The notes under the pieces: model-generated
What the model was told of the DNA's origin: nothing
Database searches by the model: none
What the model saw: only the letters and a program-made list of their open reading frames with translations
Shown: positions 35,368 to 35,855 of the stretch, one piece after another
Layout: every line of letters starts with the position of its first letter
How positions within the stretch are numbered: the stretch's first letter is position 1
Origin: a virus
Taxonomy: Duplodnaviria > Caudoviricetes
IMG/VR virus record: IMGVR_UViG_3300036833_000304
Coordinates: 1 to 35,855 of that record
Direction: 5' to 3' (one strand)
Length of the DNA: 35,855 nucleotides
Position numbers and translations under genes: made by a program

Positions 35368-35607
35368 ATGCCCTTTGAAATAATCGAGGCCACCGATGCG
35401 GTGCAGACGCGGGCGAGGAAGTACCGCGATATTTTTGCGCTGGAGGTCGGACAAGCTTTGCGCATTCCGCTTACCGAGTTGTCCTATGAAACCGGCGACC
35501 CGACCGGCACGGTGCGCACCGTGGCGTGGAAATACGGTCGGCGGCTAGGCCGCAAATTCGTCACCCGGCGAGACGAAACAGCGGTGTTCGTCATCCGCCG
35601 AAAATGA
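35368..35607 (+). CDS. Small basic putative DNA-binding protein
   Basis: RKY--F-LEVGQ...YGRRLGRKFVTR-----FVIR pattern of small phage DNA-binding proteins. Confidence 0.72.
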   Translation: MPFEIIEATDAVQTRARKYRDIFALEVGQALRIPLTELSYETGDPTGTVRTVAWKYGRRLGRKFVTRRDETAVFVIRRK

Positions 35608-35705
35608 TGCCGGATTTTATTCATGCACGATAAAAACGCACCCGCGCAAACGACCGATAGGCTTCCGAGCCGGTCGAGAAAACCTAACACGACGGGCCGC
35701 GAACC

Positions 35706-35855
35706 CTATTCTCTTTCCCGGCCGCGCCAGCGGCGGTATGCGGTGCCGAAGCCGAGGAGTGCCGCCGCGAGCAGTCCGAGCGAGCCCGGCTCGGGAACCG
35801 CGGCGCTGGTCGCCTGAAACTGTAGGTTCGACTGCAGCTGCTGGGTTCCTATCGA
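35706..35855 (-). CDS. PEP-CTERM sorting-domain protein (3' end only; runs off the window)
   Basis: ...SIGTQQLQSNLQFQATSAAVPEPGSLGLLAAALLGFGTAYRRWRGRERE*; absent from the supplied ORF track. Confidence 0.85.
   Translation of the reverse strand, partial: SIGTQQLQSNLQFQATSAAVPEPGSLGLLAAALLGFGTAYRRWRGRERE

Larger units (their letters stand above)
34741..35658 (+). repeat. Dispersed gene-start repeat (CACCTGA)GCAAACGACCG, four copies
   Basis: Copies at 34741-34759, 34901-34915, 35350-35368 and 35646-35658. Confidence 0.9.
1..35855 (+). mobile_element. Tailed phage/prophage (HK97-type head, long non-contractile tail with RcGTA-like tail tip); packaging, morphogenesis, lysis and accessory regions
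   Basis: Co-oriented, often ATGA-coupled TerS-TerL-portal-protease-capsid-neck-tube-chaperone-TMP-tail tip-lysis order; no sheath gene; no host genes; element boundaries not visible. Confidence 0.96.

Noticed and set aside
34247-35658. CRISPR or mini-array interpretation of the short repeats
   Set aside because: Repeats are only 13-19 bp; one family has two copies and the other has irregular 160-450 nt spacing containing ORFs; no cas genes.
35623-35817. 64-aa + strand ORF as a full gene
   Set aside because: Its 3' 112 nt overlap the convergent PEP-CTERM gene and read as antisense; kept only as a probable cassette stub carrying the repeat.

Overview
The window is one continuous stretch of a high-GC tailed phage or prophage, probably a siphovirus of an alphaproteobacterial-type host. 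No host housekeeping gene, integrase or att site is visible. Gene order: ParB-like protein and C5 DNA methyltransferase; a three-gene opposite-strand insert that includes a superinfection-immunity protein; a CmoA-like SAM-dependent enzyme; P27-type TerS, TerL, HK97-type portal, protease and capsid; head decoration, spike and fibre genes; neck; tail tube; tail chaperone with a -1 frameshift; tape measure protein; an RcGTA-like tail tip (two DUF2460, DUF2163, NlpC/P60, megatron); tail fibre; an atypical lysis module; and an accessory region from about 32.8 kb. The least explained signals are these. (i) A 21-nt sequence occurs identically in the capsid leader and 25 kb away, both times inside the same hairpin/pseudoknot layout. 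(ii) A tandem array of small ORFs each begins with the same (CACCTGA)GCAAACGACCG motif, read in frame as (P)EQTT or AQTT. (iii) A three-hairpin, kissing-loop, terminator-containing leader precedes a Pro/His-repeat protein. (iv) Two phage-borne PEP-CTERM sorting signals bracket the accessory region. (v) The head fibre and tail fibre share one C-terminal domain. Family names come from recalled motifs and synteny, not from database searches.
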